Origin: an uncultured virus (IMG/VR IMGVR_UViG_3300042868_010802)
Taxonomy: Duplodnaviria > Heunggongvirae > Uroviricota > Caudoviricetes
Direction: 5' to 3' (one strand)
Length of the DNA stretch: 64,000 nt
IMG/VR virus record: IMGVR_UViG_3300042868_010802
The notes under the pieces were generated by a model. It saw nothing but the letters and a program-made list of their open reading frames with translations, made no database searches and was not told where the DNA came from. Position 1 is the first letter of the stretch. Every line of letters begins with the position of its first letter. Of this stretch, positions 28,210 through 37,300 are shown piece by piece. The position numbers were made by a program, and so were the translations under genes.

Positions 28210-28239
28210 AGAATCTCCTATTGTAAAAAGTAATTAGTT

Positions 28240-28268
28240 ATTGTAAAGCACTTGCTGGACAAAAGCAA
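28240..28268 (-). promoter_or_regulatory. Sigma70-type promoter for the replication operon
   Basis: TTGCTT-17 bp-TACAAT. Confidence 0.6.
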
Positions 28269-28286
28269 GCGTTGTGGCAAAGATAG

Positions 28287-28386
28287 TGCTCACTTTGAGC
28301 AGAGTCTGGCGTAACTCTGAGTCCAGGCAGCAGCCGCCTGTCTGACGCTTTTTATCGTAGCGACAACGTTCCCAAGGTAGGGGATC
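28287..28386. ncRNA. Candidate structured non-coding RNA
   Basis: GC-rich intergenic block with four to five consecutive hairpins. Confidence 0.4.
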
Positions 28387-28394
28387 TTATATTT

Positions 28395-29006
28395 TTATTT
28401 ATCGGCCACCCAAAAGCCTGTACGATCTTCTGCTGGGCTGGAATACCAGGAAGTTTTTGGTGGTTGAGTAATTGGTTTGTCTTTCCAAACTGGGTAAATA
28501 GTGTCTGCACAATGATTTTGAAAATCATCATTCCATCTTAAATGGACTTCTATGATTCTACCGCCTACATATTCCACATTGACCCAAGGAGTCAATTGCC
28601 ACAGATTGCCCAGCACTTCGGGAAATTTTATACGGTCTGGAATTTTGGTCCATTTGGAAAATCTATCCAATCGGTCTGGGTTGTCTCTGAATCCTTCTAC
28701 TGTCAAGTCTTGCACCCCGTAATGATAATCTACAGATATGTGCCTGCCAACAAACATCTCAGACCAAAAATAACCATCAGGCACCAGATTGGTATCTTCG
28801 GGTGTTAGCCATTGTTTACTAGCGCCACGACTCATCATCCTAAGGTTTGTTATGGGTCTGACAATATACCAGTCGGGTTTGGGAACTGAAATTCCTGCAG
28901 GTGCTGCACGATGGTTTAGTTTTCTTGCCAGTATCAGTTTGTCGTATATCCAAAGATAATCAACAGGACACCGATCCCATACATCACTATCCGATATATA
29001 TTGCAT
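28395..29006 (-). CDS. ATP-grasp-like protein (tentative)
   Basis: DKL.L...YIVRP..N...M..GA...W.E.F.G.H.SVD...NVE..G..IIEVHLR. Confidence 0.5.
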   Translation of the reverse strand: MQYISDSDVWDRCPVDYLWIYDKLILARKLNHRAAPAGISVPKPDWYIVRPITNLRMMSRGASKQWLTPEDTNLVPDGYFWSEMFVGRHISVDYHYGVQDLTVEGFRDNPDRLDRFSKWTKIPDRIKFPEVLGNLWQLTPWVNVEYVGGRIIEVHLRWNDDFQNHCADTIYPVWKDKPITQPPKTSWYSSPAEDRTGFWVADK

Positions 29007-29009
29007 TGT

Positions 29010-29198
29010 TTAATTTGAACTATGTTCTGCCAAATGTGTGTCTTCGCAACTCAAACAGCGGCATTCGTTGCAGTCACAATCGTCAGTCATGCAACTATGT
29101 CCGCAGTGTGCATGACACCTGCATTTACAATGACTTGATGTGTATCGCTGGTAACTGTCGTAATCGTCCATGTATTGTTCCATTGCTGGCCCTTTCAT
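29010..29198 (-). CDS. Cys/His-rich metallothionein-like peptide
   Basis: HCKCRCHAHCGHSC...CDCNECRCLSC. Confidence 0.55.
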   Translation of the reverse strand: MKGPAMEQYMDDYDSYQRYTSSHCKCRCHAHCGHSCMTDDCDCNECRCLSCEDTHLAEHSSN

Positions 29199-30031
29199 AA
29201 ACTGAGATCTATGTCAATTTGACGATTGAATTCTTTGTACAGTTGATCTATATAGCCTTGATTTCTTAGAACTTTGAAGGCCAAATTTTCAACACTAAAC
29301 TCGCCATTGGCGTCAAGCCCGGCTTGTCGCATGTCTTTTAACTTGCCGGACAATCTGCGGATGTCTTCAGGATCATCTGCCGTGTGTAACACTTTTTCAA
29401 TTTGTTTTATCAAGTCTTGAACCTTGAGTCCAACAGCACTGCCATTTATGTCAGGCGGAGCGTAATCGGGTCGTTCCAACCATTGGTTGTCTAACAAGCT
29501 AAAAACGCCTGAGCTGACAGGAGGGTCGTCAACATCCTCTACATACAGTTCAACATCGTGACCCCTTATGACAACATCGTGTTGATCATTCCATAACTGT
29601 TTTTTTGCACGATAGAATGCTTCAGCCAGGTCATCGCACTGTAGGTCTGCGTATTGGGTAACCACATGCACATCAAAGTCTGAATAGTCGGTGTAGTTAT
29701 AGTTGGCCATACTGCCAGTCAGCACAATGTCAAGTACTCTGAAACCTGGTATATCTAAATAACCAATAAATGCCTTGGCTGTTTGCAGCAACTTGTACCT
29801 TACTTCAGTGCGGATAAGATTGCCACTCCAGGCTTTTGGAGACAACTGATCGCTGTAGGAAACATTACCAGCAATGCTGTCTTCTTCCATACTACCGCCG
29901 CCACTATCTCCGCTGTAGCCTGCATCGTAACCGTACCAGCCGTACGGCCCTGGACCGTATGCTGCCCAACGTGGTCGACGTCGGCTACGCTTTTTCTTTT
30001 TTTCTACAATGGCAATCTCAGTGGCTCTCAT
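29195..30031 (-). CDS. Pol-beta superfamily nucleotidyltransferase with a low-complexity leader
   Basis: LTGS.ANYNY..YSDFDVH; third acidic residue in DVELYVE. Confidence 0.75.
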   Translation of the reverse strand: MRATEIAIVEKKKKRSRRRPRWAAYGPGPYGWYGYDAGYSGDSGGGSMEEDSIAGNVSYSDQLSPKAWSGNLIRTEVRYKLLQTAKAFIGYLDIPGFRVLDIVLTGSMANYNYTDYSDFDVHVVTQYADLQCDDLAEAFYRAKKQLWNDQHDVVIRGHDVELYVEDVDDPPVSSGVFSLLDNQWLERPDYAPPDINGSAVGLKVQDLIKQIEKVLHTADDPEDIRRLSGKLKDMRQAGLDANGEFSVENLAFKVLRNQGYIDQLYKEFNRQIDIDLSL

Positions 30032-30414
30032 TTGGTGATGTATTGTGGATACTGTTTGCTAAACTTGCGCATTATAATGCCGGCTACACTGTTGGCCTGA
30101 TTTTCTTCGCGACTGCCAGTGTTGCCACTTTCAGAATCCAGCTGGTCAGTTTTACCTTGTTTGTAATGAACCAGTTCATGTGCCAGGGTGCGGCACACAT
30201 CCACCGGATGTCTACCATCAATACCCAATTCGATACCGCCGTTGGAAAAACTACCAAAGCTGGGTTGCCCGTTGTAGTTTAATTTCTTTTTAATAGAAAT
30301 CTTAGGAACTTGTTGCAATTGCAATTCTTTCATGGCCAGAGGCAAAAAATCTTTGAGTGCAGTATACAATGCACTGTGTTCCGACGATTTAGAATAAAAC
30401 TCTAGGACTCTCAT
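30028..30414 (-). CDS. Zincin-like metallopeptidase
   Basis: RTLAHELVH.KQ...E..AN. Confidence 0.75.
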   Translation of the reverse strand: MRVLEFYSKSSEHSALYTALKDFLPLAMKELQLQQVPKISIKKKLNYNGQPSFGSFSNGGIELGIDGRHPVDVCRTLAHELVHYKQGKTDQLDSESGNTGSREENQANSVAGIIMRKFSKQYPQYITK

Positions 30415-30845
30415 TTCAATGTAGCACGAAGCATCCAGCTGTGTTTGCGGTGTGCATCCATGCGACCAGCAACAAAATCACTGAATCCATGCTCACCTGC
30501 TGCTTCGCTCAGATCAAATACCATTTTAAAAATCTTGACCATTTTGTTGCTGTCGTCTAACAATTGTTGCACCATGATGCCTGCATCTAGTATTTCGGTT
30601 TCGTCTTCTATTTTGGTCAACATGTTGAAACGAGTGTAACTTCCGGGCATGTATGTGTCAAGGCCTCGAATCTTTTCAGCGAACTCGTCAATACTGTCGT
30701 AAACTTCTTCGTAGATGCCACCAAACAAGTCGTGTAGTTGTTTAAAGTTGAGACCTTCTACATTCCAATGAAACTGGTGAGCTTTCAGATAAAAACTAAA
30801 TTCACTGGCAAATGCAATCTTTGCTGCTTTTTGTAATTCTTCCAT
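30411..30845 (-). CDS. dps: Dps family ferritin-like protein
   Basis: KAHQFHWNVEG..F..LH.LF...YEE...D.FAE.IR...H.K..WML. Confidence 0.92.
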   Translation of the reverse strand: MEELQKAAKIAFASEFSFYLKAHQFHWNVEGLNFKQLHDLFGGIYEEVYDSIDEFAEKIRGLDTYMPGSYTRFNMLTKIEDETEILDAGIMVQQLLDDSNKMVKIFKMVFDLSEAAGEHGFSDFVAGRMDAHRKHSWMLRATLK

Positions 30846-33311
30846 TTATTTGTTGTCCTTCCAGCGCTTTTCGTTTTTGCACCAATATCGTGAGCTTTCC
30901 TTCATTCCAATGGTTTCAACTGGGCCTTGCTCATCAATGGCAGTTTCGACAATTGATTCTTCGACAGGTGCTTGTAGTTTATCATAGTTTCTATAATAGA
31001 ATTCTTTAGCATTTTTAGGATTGTCAAATCCTTCAGGTCCTTGACCAGATACTCTACGACCTTGATAGTCCAGTACTTCGTAGCGAACAGATTTGCTACC
31101 GTCGGGTCTCATTTTGGAATATTTACGAATGCGTGGTTTGCTGTTTTCTTTAGAGCCTTCCTCCACACCTTGCTCAACGAATCTTGGTTTTGGTGTAACA
31201 TCACTATAAGGCTCATGTCTGATACCTGTGTCAGTTTTGGTTACTATGCCGGTGGCAGTCGAACGAGCATCACCTGTTCGTAGTTCACGTGGTTTGGTAT
31301 CACGTTGTACAGTTTGTCCACTAGTACGTTGTACTTCTTTACCAAATTGGTCAACCATTCTAGGGCCAGCCTCCGCCACACCTTGCTCGCTCTCGCCTAT
31401 TTCAAGTTCGCCACGACTAGCCATTCGGTTTTGTAATTTATCCAACTGGCCTGACTTTAACTGACTATCAAATTGTGGTAGCATTTGAGCAAGGGTAGCA
31501 GGATCCATTTCAATATCAAATTGATTTGATAGTATCTGTTGCCAATTTAATATTCTTCTTTTTTCTGGTGTTCCCATAGGAGCCATGACTACTGCTTTTA
31601 GATATGCCATTGCTAGGTATGTTTTATTTGCCCCTGAGCCTTCCGCCACCCCTTGCTTTCTATTATCCAATTTGGTAAACGCTTTAACAAAATTAGGACC
31701 ACTTTTCATGCGTTTTGCGTCACTGCGTTTTGTGGGATCCATTCTGTGCTTAAGGTTATCTTTATCTAATTTTGTTAGATAACTGGTTAGTGTAGCATCA
31801 CTAACCTCCACCACACCTTGCTGTTCTTTAGGATAGCTATATCCGTCAATTTCGTAAAAGTTGCCCAGTGCTTCAATTTTAGCCACAGCTTTTTCTAATT
31901 TTTCTGATGAGGTAGTCCAATATTCTTTAGTAGTCACTCTGCCTTCTCGACCAGCAAATACTTTATAACGAACACCAAACGGTTTTCTGGAATCATACTC
32001 GCCTTCCGCCACACCTTGCTCTGGCATGTTGCCCAGCATTTGTTCTACATGTTTGACCCAACCTGACACATCGCTACTTCCGATTTCATCTACTTCGCCT
32101 ACAAAATCAGCAACTTCGTCGACCGCTGCACTGACCCGATCAGGACCGTGTTTAGCCAACAGGTCTGTACGCTGCATCAGAATACGACGAACAATGGCCT
32201 GCGCAACTGGACTATCTGGCTCACCGGGATTGTCCAACATGCCTTCCGCCACACCTTCGTTAAATTCACTATCATCGCCCCAGGGTTCGCCGTAGATTTT
32301 TTCCCAGTCTTGATTAAGCGGTAAATCATTTTCCATCCAGTATGCACCCAGTTGATCTTTCAACTGGGTGTCACCGCGAAGGTATGCGTCAAATCCTGGC
32401 TTTAGTCCTTTTAAGAAACCGTCACGGACTTGTTCAAAGTGTGCTATGTCTGTTGCTTGACCTGCTAGTGTGCCAGCTTGTGCTAAGTCTTGTTTAGTCC
32501 ATCCAGCATTTATTAGATCCTGTAGTTCTTCTTGTTTTTGCTGAGTAAACTCATTGACAAAGTTTTCTGTAACAGCGTAATAGCTTGAAGCAGAATTGCC
32601 GCCGGGAGCGAATTCATTTAGGTTGCCTTCCGCCACACCTTGCTTGGATTTTGCAATGATGGCTGCGGCTGCTTTACGACTATCCGAATCACTATTAGGA
32701 TCACTTAGTATAGCCTTAGCATTATCAAGTCTGTGTTTAGCAGTAGCAGGATCGTTTGGATAACCAGGATTCTTACTACGGTCAAGTGCGACTGCTTCGC
32801 CAACATCTTTCTTTCTGATGCCGAGTTTGTCGGCAGGGTTACCACCACCAAACATATTACCAAAAGCATCACGTGCCTGCTGCTTGGTATCTGCTTTTTG
32901 TTGTTTGGCTACTTGTTTTTTATTGGTGATACCTTTGAGTATCTTATCAAATTTTACATCACCTGTTGCTTCGGCTACATCATCTTCTTTGATCTTTTCG
33001 CAGTCGTTAACACGCTTGCCAGCATTGCGACCTGTACCGGGTTGTGTTCCCACTTTGCGATGACCAGGCCAGCAATTTTTGGGCCCTGCTACACTTTCGT
33101 CGTACTTGTCATGCTGGTCACGAATAGCATCTAGCTTTTTTTCGCTGGCACCTTCGCGGCCTGCTTTGGCCAGTGCTTGCATGCCCTTCTTGCCATATTT
33201 CTCATGGCCTTTGGCGGCACGACTCATAGCAGTCTTGACTTCTGCTTCTTCAAGCGGTCCGCCATTTAGAAATTTGCGTTCTTTGTCGTTAAAAAGATCG
33301 AGTACGTGCAT
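30846..33311 (-). CDS. Modular polyprotein-like protein (821 aa) with seven QGVAE-type linkers; putative internal head protein
   Basis: Unrelated 55-128 aa modules separated by xQGVAE[GA] variants. Confidence 0.75.
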   Translation of the reverse strand: MHVLDLFNDKERKFLNGGPLEEAEVKTAMSRAAKGHEKYGKKGMQALAKAGREGASEKKLDAIRDQHDKYDESVAGPKNCWPGHRKVGTQPGTGRNAGKRVNDCEKIKEDDVAEATGDVKFDKILKGITNKKQVAKQQKADTKQQARDAFGNMFGGGNPADKLGIRKKDVGEAVALDRSKNPGYPNDPATAKHRLDNAKAILSDPNSDSDSRKAAAAIIAKSKQGVAEGNLNEFAPGGNSASSYYAVTENFVNEFTQQKQEELQDLINAGWTKQDLAQAGTLAGQATDIAHFEQVRDGFLKGLKPGFDAYLRGDTQLKDQLGAYWMENDLPLNQDWEKIYGEPWGDDSEFNEGVAEGMLDNPGEPDSPVAQAIVRRILMQRTDLLAKHGPDRVSAAVDEVADFVGEVDEIGSSDVSGWVKHVEQMLGNMPEQGVAEGEYDSRKPFGVRYKVFAGREGRVTTKEYWTTSSEKLEKAVAKIEALGNFYEIDGYSYPKEQQGVVEVSDATLTSYLTKLDKDNLKHRMDPTKRSDAKRMKSGPNFVKAFTKLDNRKQGVAEGSGANKTYLAMAYLKAVVMAPMGTPEKRRILNWQQILSNQFDIEMDPATLAQMLPQFDSQLKSGQLDKLQNRMASRGELEIGESEQGVAEAGPRMVDQFGKEVQRTSGQTVQRDTKPRELRTGDARSTATGIVTKTDTGIRHEPYSDVTPKPRFVEQGVEEGSKENSKPRIRKYSKMRPDGSKSVRYEVLDYQGRRVSGQGPEGFDNPKNAKEFYYRNYDKLQAPVEESIVETAIDEQGPVETIGMKESSRYWCKNEKRWKDNK

Positions 33312-33312
33312 G

Positions 33313-33636
33313 TTATTTTGCCTTTTGCATTATTTGTCCAAGTTGGGTTGAATTAAGACCGGCACTCTTTAATAGTTGTGCCAATGCGTCAACCCCTTGT
33401 GGTGAAATTGGTTTTGCAGCCGATTGTGCAGATCCTGCCGATGATCCAGCCGCTGGTGCAGTGTTTGCGGTAGTGGTAGTTGGTGCTGTAACAGGTGCAG
33501 TGTTTGCTGTAGTGGTGCTGCCTGCAGAAACTGGCTTGGGTGCAGCTGGTGCCAAAGTGCTGCCCGACAGTGCCGGGCTTGCTGCACCACCAACAGTGCC
33601 AATTCTACCAATAGTAGCAATTTCGTTTATCTTCAT
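33313..33636 (-). CDS. Ala/Thr/Pro-rich hypothetical protein
   Basis: 107 aa; MKINEI start; duplicated TTTANTAP. Confidence 0.7.
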   Translation of the reverse strand: MKINEIATIGRIGTVGGAASPALSGSTLAPAAPKPVSAGSTTTANTAPVTAPTTTTANTAPAAGSSAGSAQSAAKPISPQGVDALAQLLKSAGLNSTQLGQIMQKAK

Positions 33637-34349
33637 TATGATGCTCTTTTAAACATCTTGGATTTGACACCTGGTGCAAAGCTAGCAGCAAATCCGCCAC
33701 TGCTGCTGGCCCCTGCACTGGAAAATTCTTGGACTTGCTGCTCGCCCATGCCTTTTTGCTCAACTGGGCGAAAGCTGGCAATTCCCCAACCTTTACTTTT
33801 TCTGTATTGGGTAATGCGTTCAATGTCCCGGCTCATGGCGGCAGGGCTGGGATACATCACAGTTTCACCGTTGCGTTTGTACGACGAACCATTGACCATT
33901 AAGTACCATTGCCCTGTGGGTGCAGGATCACGTCCTGTTTCACCTCTTTCGCGTTCTAATCGGGCTCGGTGTTGCTGTTGCATTGCTGCTCCTTCGCCGC
34001 GCTCGTCGTTTTCTAGAACTTCGGGCCCCGACATAGGGTTGTTATTTAATGTAGCCAATGGCAATGGATTGTTTTCTGCAACACCTTGCTCTAACTTGGT
34101 CATTATTTCGTATTCTAACCATTCTTTGACTGTACGCAAGTAGTCATTGGCTAGAGTAATTTTTTCACTAGCCCAGGCCTGTAGTCCTTCTTCTTCGCTG
34201 ACTTGCTTGAGCATGCGATGCAATTCCATGGCATTTGTGGCAGCATGATAGCACTCTTCTCGGGCCATTTGTATCTCGTGGTCCACATGCATGCTGACAG
34301 CCGCTTGGCCAATGCTGTGTTTTTCGGGTAAAAAATCTGTAGGTTTCAT
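33636..34349 (-). CDS. Modular hypothetical protein with one EQGVAE linker
   Basis: 237 aa; DHE..MAR...L..W...KITLA.DYL.TV module; CATAAATA upstream. Confidence 0.75.
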   Translation of the reverse strand: MKPTDFLPEKHSIGQAAVSMHVDHEIQMAREECYHAATNAMELHRMLKQVSEEEGLQAWASEKITLANDYLRTVKEWLEYEIMTKLEQGVAENNPLPLATLNNNPMSGPEVLENDERGEGAAMQQQHRARLERERGETGRDPAPTGQWYLMVNGSSYKRNGETVMYPSPAAMSRDIERITQYRKSKGWGIASFRPVEQKGMGEQQVQEFSSAGASSSGGFAASFAPGVKSKMFKRAS

Positions 34350-34379
34350 AGTAATCCAGATGGTAATGTTATATTTATG

Positions 34380-37300
34380 TCACTTGATCAAGCGTAGTGC
34401 CCGCATGTTCTTTTTGTCAGTTCCCGGACGAACATCCACGGTCAACGCTGTTTTAAACCTTGGGTCGTCCTTTTCGGCTTTTGTAGGAATGTAGCCCGAT
34501 GCAGCTTCTTCTAATCCAGTTCGGGCCAATACTGTGTAATAATCGGGTCGTTCGTTCAAGTGATCTAATGCTATTTCATAAGCTATCTTGGCATCTTTTG
34601 TATGCTCGAGCTCTACTTTTACGCCCAGTCTCAGCTGTGCTATAAAATCTTCTACACTGAGATTGTGCTTGTCTAGTATTTGTTGTGCTGTTGGTGTGGG
34701 GCGATCGAGTTGCTCGCCCACTGTGGTCAAACGATTCCACATGGCCTGTGTGCCGCCCCAGGAGTTGTATTGCGACTTTTTAAAGCCTTTGGATACTAAA
34801 TCTTGTTCACTAAAACTTCCACCAATCTGGTTGGGTCGTTTCCAAACAAACTTTGAGCGGGCCGGATCGAGTTTTGCATTGGTCTGCTGGCTAATTTTAG
34901 CTGCTTCAATTGACGACGGTCTACGATATTGATTTTCGTCGCCTTCTGCCACACCTGGTTCTTTAGGTTTATCTATGGTGTAGTAAGGACCTTCGCCTAG
35001 TTTGGCTAGAAAACTATTGACTCGCTCTTTAAATGCATTAGGATTAGCACTAACTTCAGAGTGTCCCATTGGTTGCAAATCTTTGTTGATAATTGCAAAA
35101 CCAGTCTTCTTCATAAAAGGTATTTGTGCTTCTACACTAGATAAATCACCCAAGGCATTGTTTAATCTACCAGCGTTTAATGCTAACATTTTGCTGCCGT
35201 AGAACTTGTTAATAGAGTCTTCGCCGCCCTTGTTTAACCAGCCCGAGGAATGTACTCCAAATACCGGATACCATTTTCCTGTTGGAACCGAAGCCTTGCC
35301 ACCCTGGCCAGTGCTGATATAATAAGGAACATTAACACCGCGAACATTCATAACTACCATTATTCTGTCACCAGTATTAACTACTTTAGCAACGCCACTT
35401 GGGTTGGGATTAGTAGAAGAATTAAATACGGGCAAGTCCACTAGACCTGATAGTTTATCTGCGTATTCTAAGCCTTCCGCCACACCTTGCTCTGCCGCTA
35501 CATCTGCTGATGTGCCAAAGTTTACTTTTAACTTTACTTGTTTCCATAATGGATTTTTTGGATCCATTCTTTTCTGTAATAGATTGATAGCAGATAGTCT
35601 ATGAGCACCATCATTTAACTGTCCATCTATTACGACTAATGGTGGTAAGTTAGCGACAGACTGTGGATTCTTTTGTAGGTATTCTGCGTATTCAATGACT
35701 TTTTTAGTCACACCCCAACTATAATCTTTTGCGTCCCAATCATCAACTACATTGTTCACATACGGAATGCCTTTGACAGTAGCAAGTATTTGGTCCAATG
35801 TCATTTCTTTTGTTTGAACTTTTGCGTTTGGATTAAATTGTTTGGCCTTACCTGATGATTCGCCTGGTTGAGGGAAGCCTTCCGCTACACCTTGCTCATG
35901 CACAGATTGGGCACCGGGCTTTCTGGTGCTGTTCTTTACGACATCGCCGCTGTATTGTTTCCAGGTGGTTACATATTCCGGGCCTTGTGATGACCAATTG
36001 GCCAGCAACTCATATAGGTTTTGATCAAAAAAGCCGCCTACGCCGTATTCTTCAAACACTTGGTTGATGGCATATAGGTCATCGGTTTCGTAGTGTTGGT
36101 GCATATAATCACCCAGATTCCAACGTTTTGCATTTTGTGCGGCTGCACTGTCTGTTTGTATTTTTTTAGACAAGTTGGTCAATTGCGTCATCATCTTACG
36201 ACCAGCATTGGCAATGTATAAAGCATAATCAGAACTTAGGTCAAGTGGGTCTTCTCCTGAGCCTTCCGCCACACCTTGCTCAGGACTATGTCTCAGATTG
36301 GCTATGTAACCATTGGGACCAGTCCATTGATCTTTATAGTCTTGCCATTCGTTCTGACTCCATGCTATAGGGAACATTTGCCAGGCCCACATTCCATGGG
36401 TATTAAACTCGCTAGAAAATTCCTGTATGTCTGCCAGTGTAATACCCGAGGTCTTGGTCTGTTTAGCAACATCAATCAACCAGTGCGCCATGGTTTCGCC
36501 ACCGTCTTCGAATTCGCTTAATTTTTTTAATTTATTAAATCTATCTGCACCTTGCTTGGCAAACTCACGGCAAAGATCTTCAAGCCATTTTATAAATTCC
36601 TGACCAAATTTGGCCAATGCAGTCTCGGGGTCGCTGCCTGTTCTTGCAGTGAGGGACTTATTCAAATTATCTACACCTTGCCTGGCACCAGCACCGCCTG
36701 TGATCTGTCCCATCATGCTGTCAAATCTCTCATCGCCTGTTGCCTCCGCCACACCTTGCTCGTCAAGCGTCCAGATAGTTCTTAAACCACTAGCGCCAGC
36801 ATCACTTAATAATTCATCTATCATATCGCTTACACTTAAATTGCCTGCAATCTTTGATCCCTGTGCTTCGAGTCCAGCACGCTCACCTTGAGTAATATAG
36901 GTATTTGCAATGGCCTTGGCCATTGTGAACGCCTGTGGATCATATCCTAATTCATCATTCTCAGCTTCATAACTTGGCAAGTGCTTTAGAATCATTTTAC
37001 CAATGGCTGGTCCGGCATCTGGTTTTGCTGTCTGACCTTTGGCAATATTAGTAATATGAGATAAATCTTCGTGTTGATTTATGTTGCCATTTTCTCCCAT
37101 ACCTTGCCATACATTTACTTTGTATCCTGGCAATCCAGTGGCTTGTAAGCTTCTGTTAATTTCATTAAAGAATTTATCAATTTCGTTAACAGTCTTGACT
37201 ATGTTTACAGCCAGTTGGCGTTGAGTGGCTGATGTATATTCTGCACTGGTATCAAAATACAATTCGTCATAGCCTTGGCCATGTCCAGGATCAATTGAGT

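Noticed and set aside
28287..28386. tRNA or SRP RNA
   Set aside because: No T-loop GTTCRA, acceptor stem or SRP GGAA tetraloop context; kept only as an unknown structured element.
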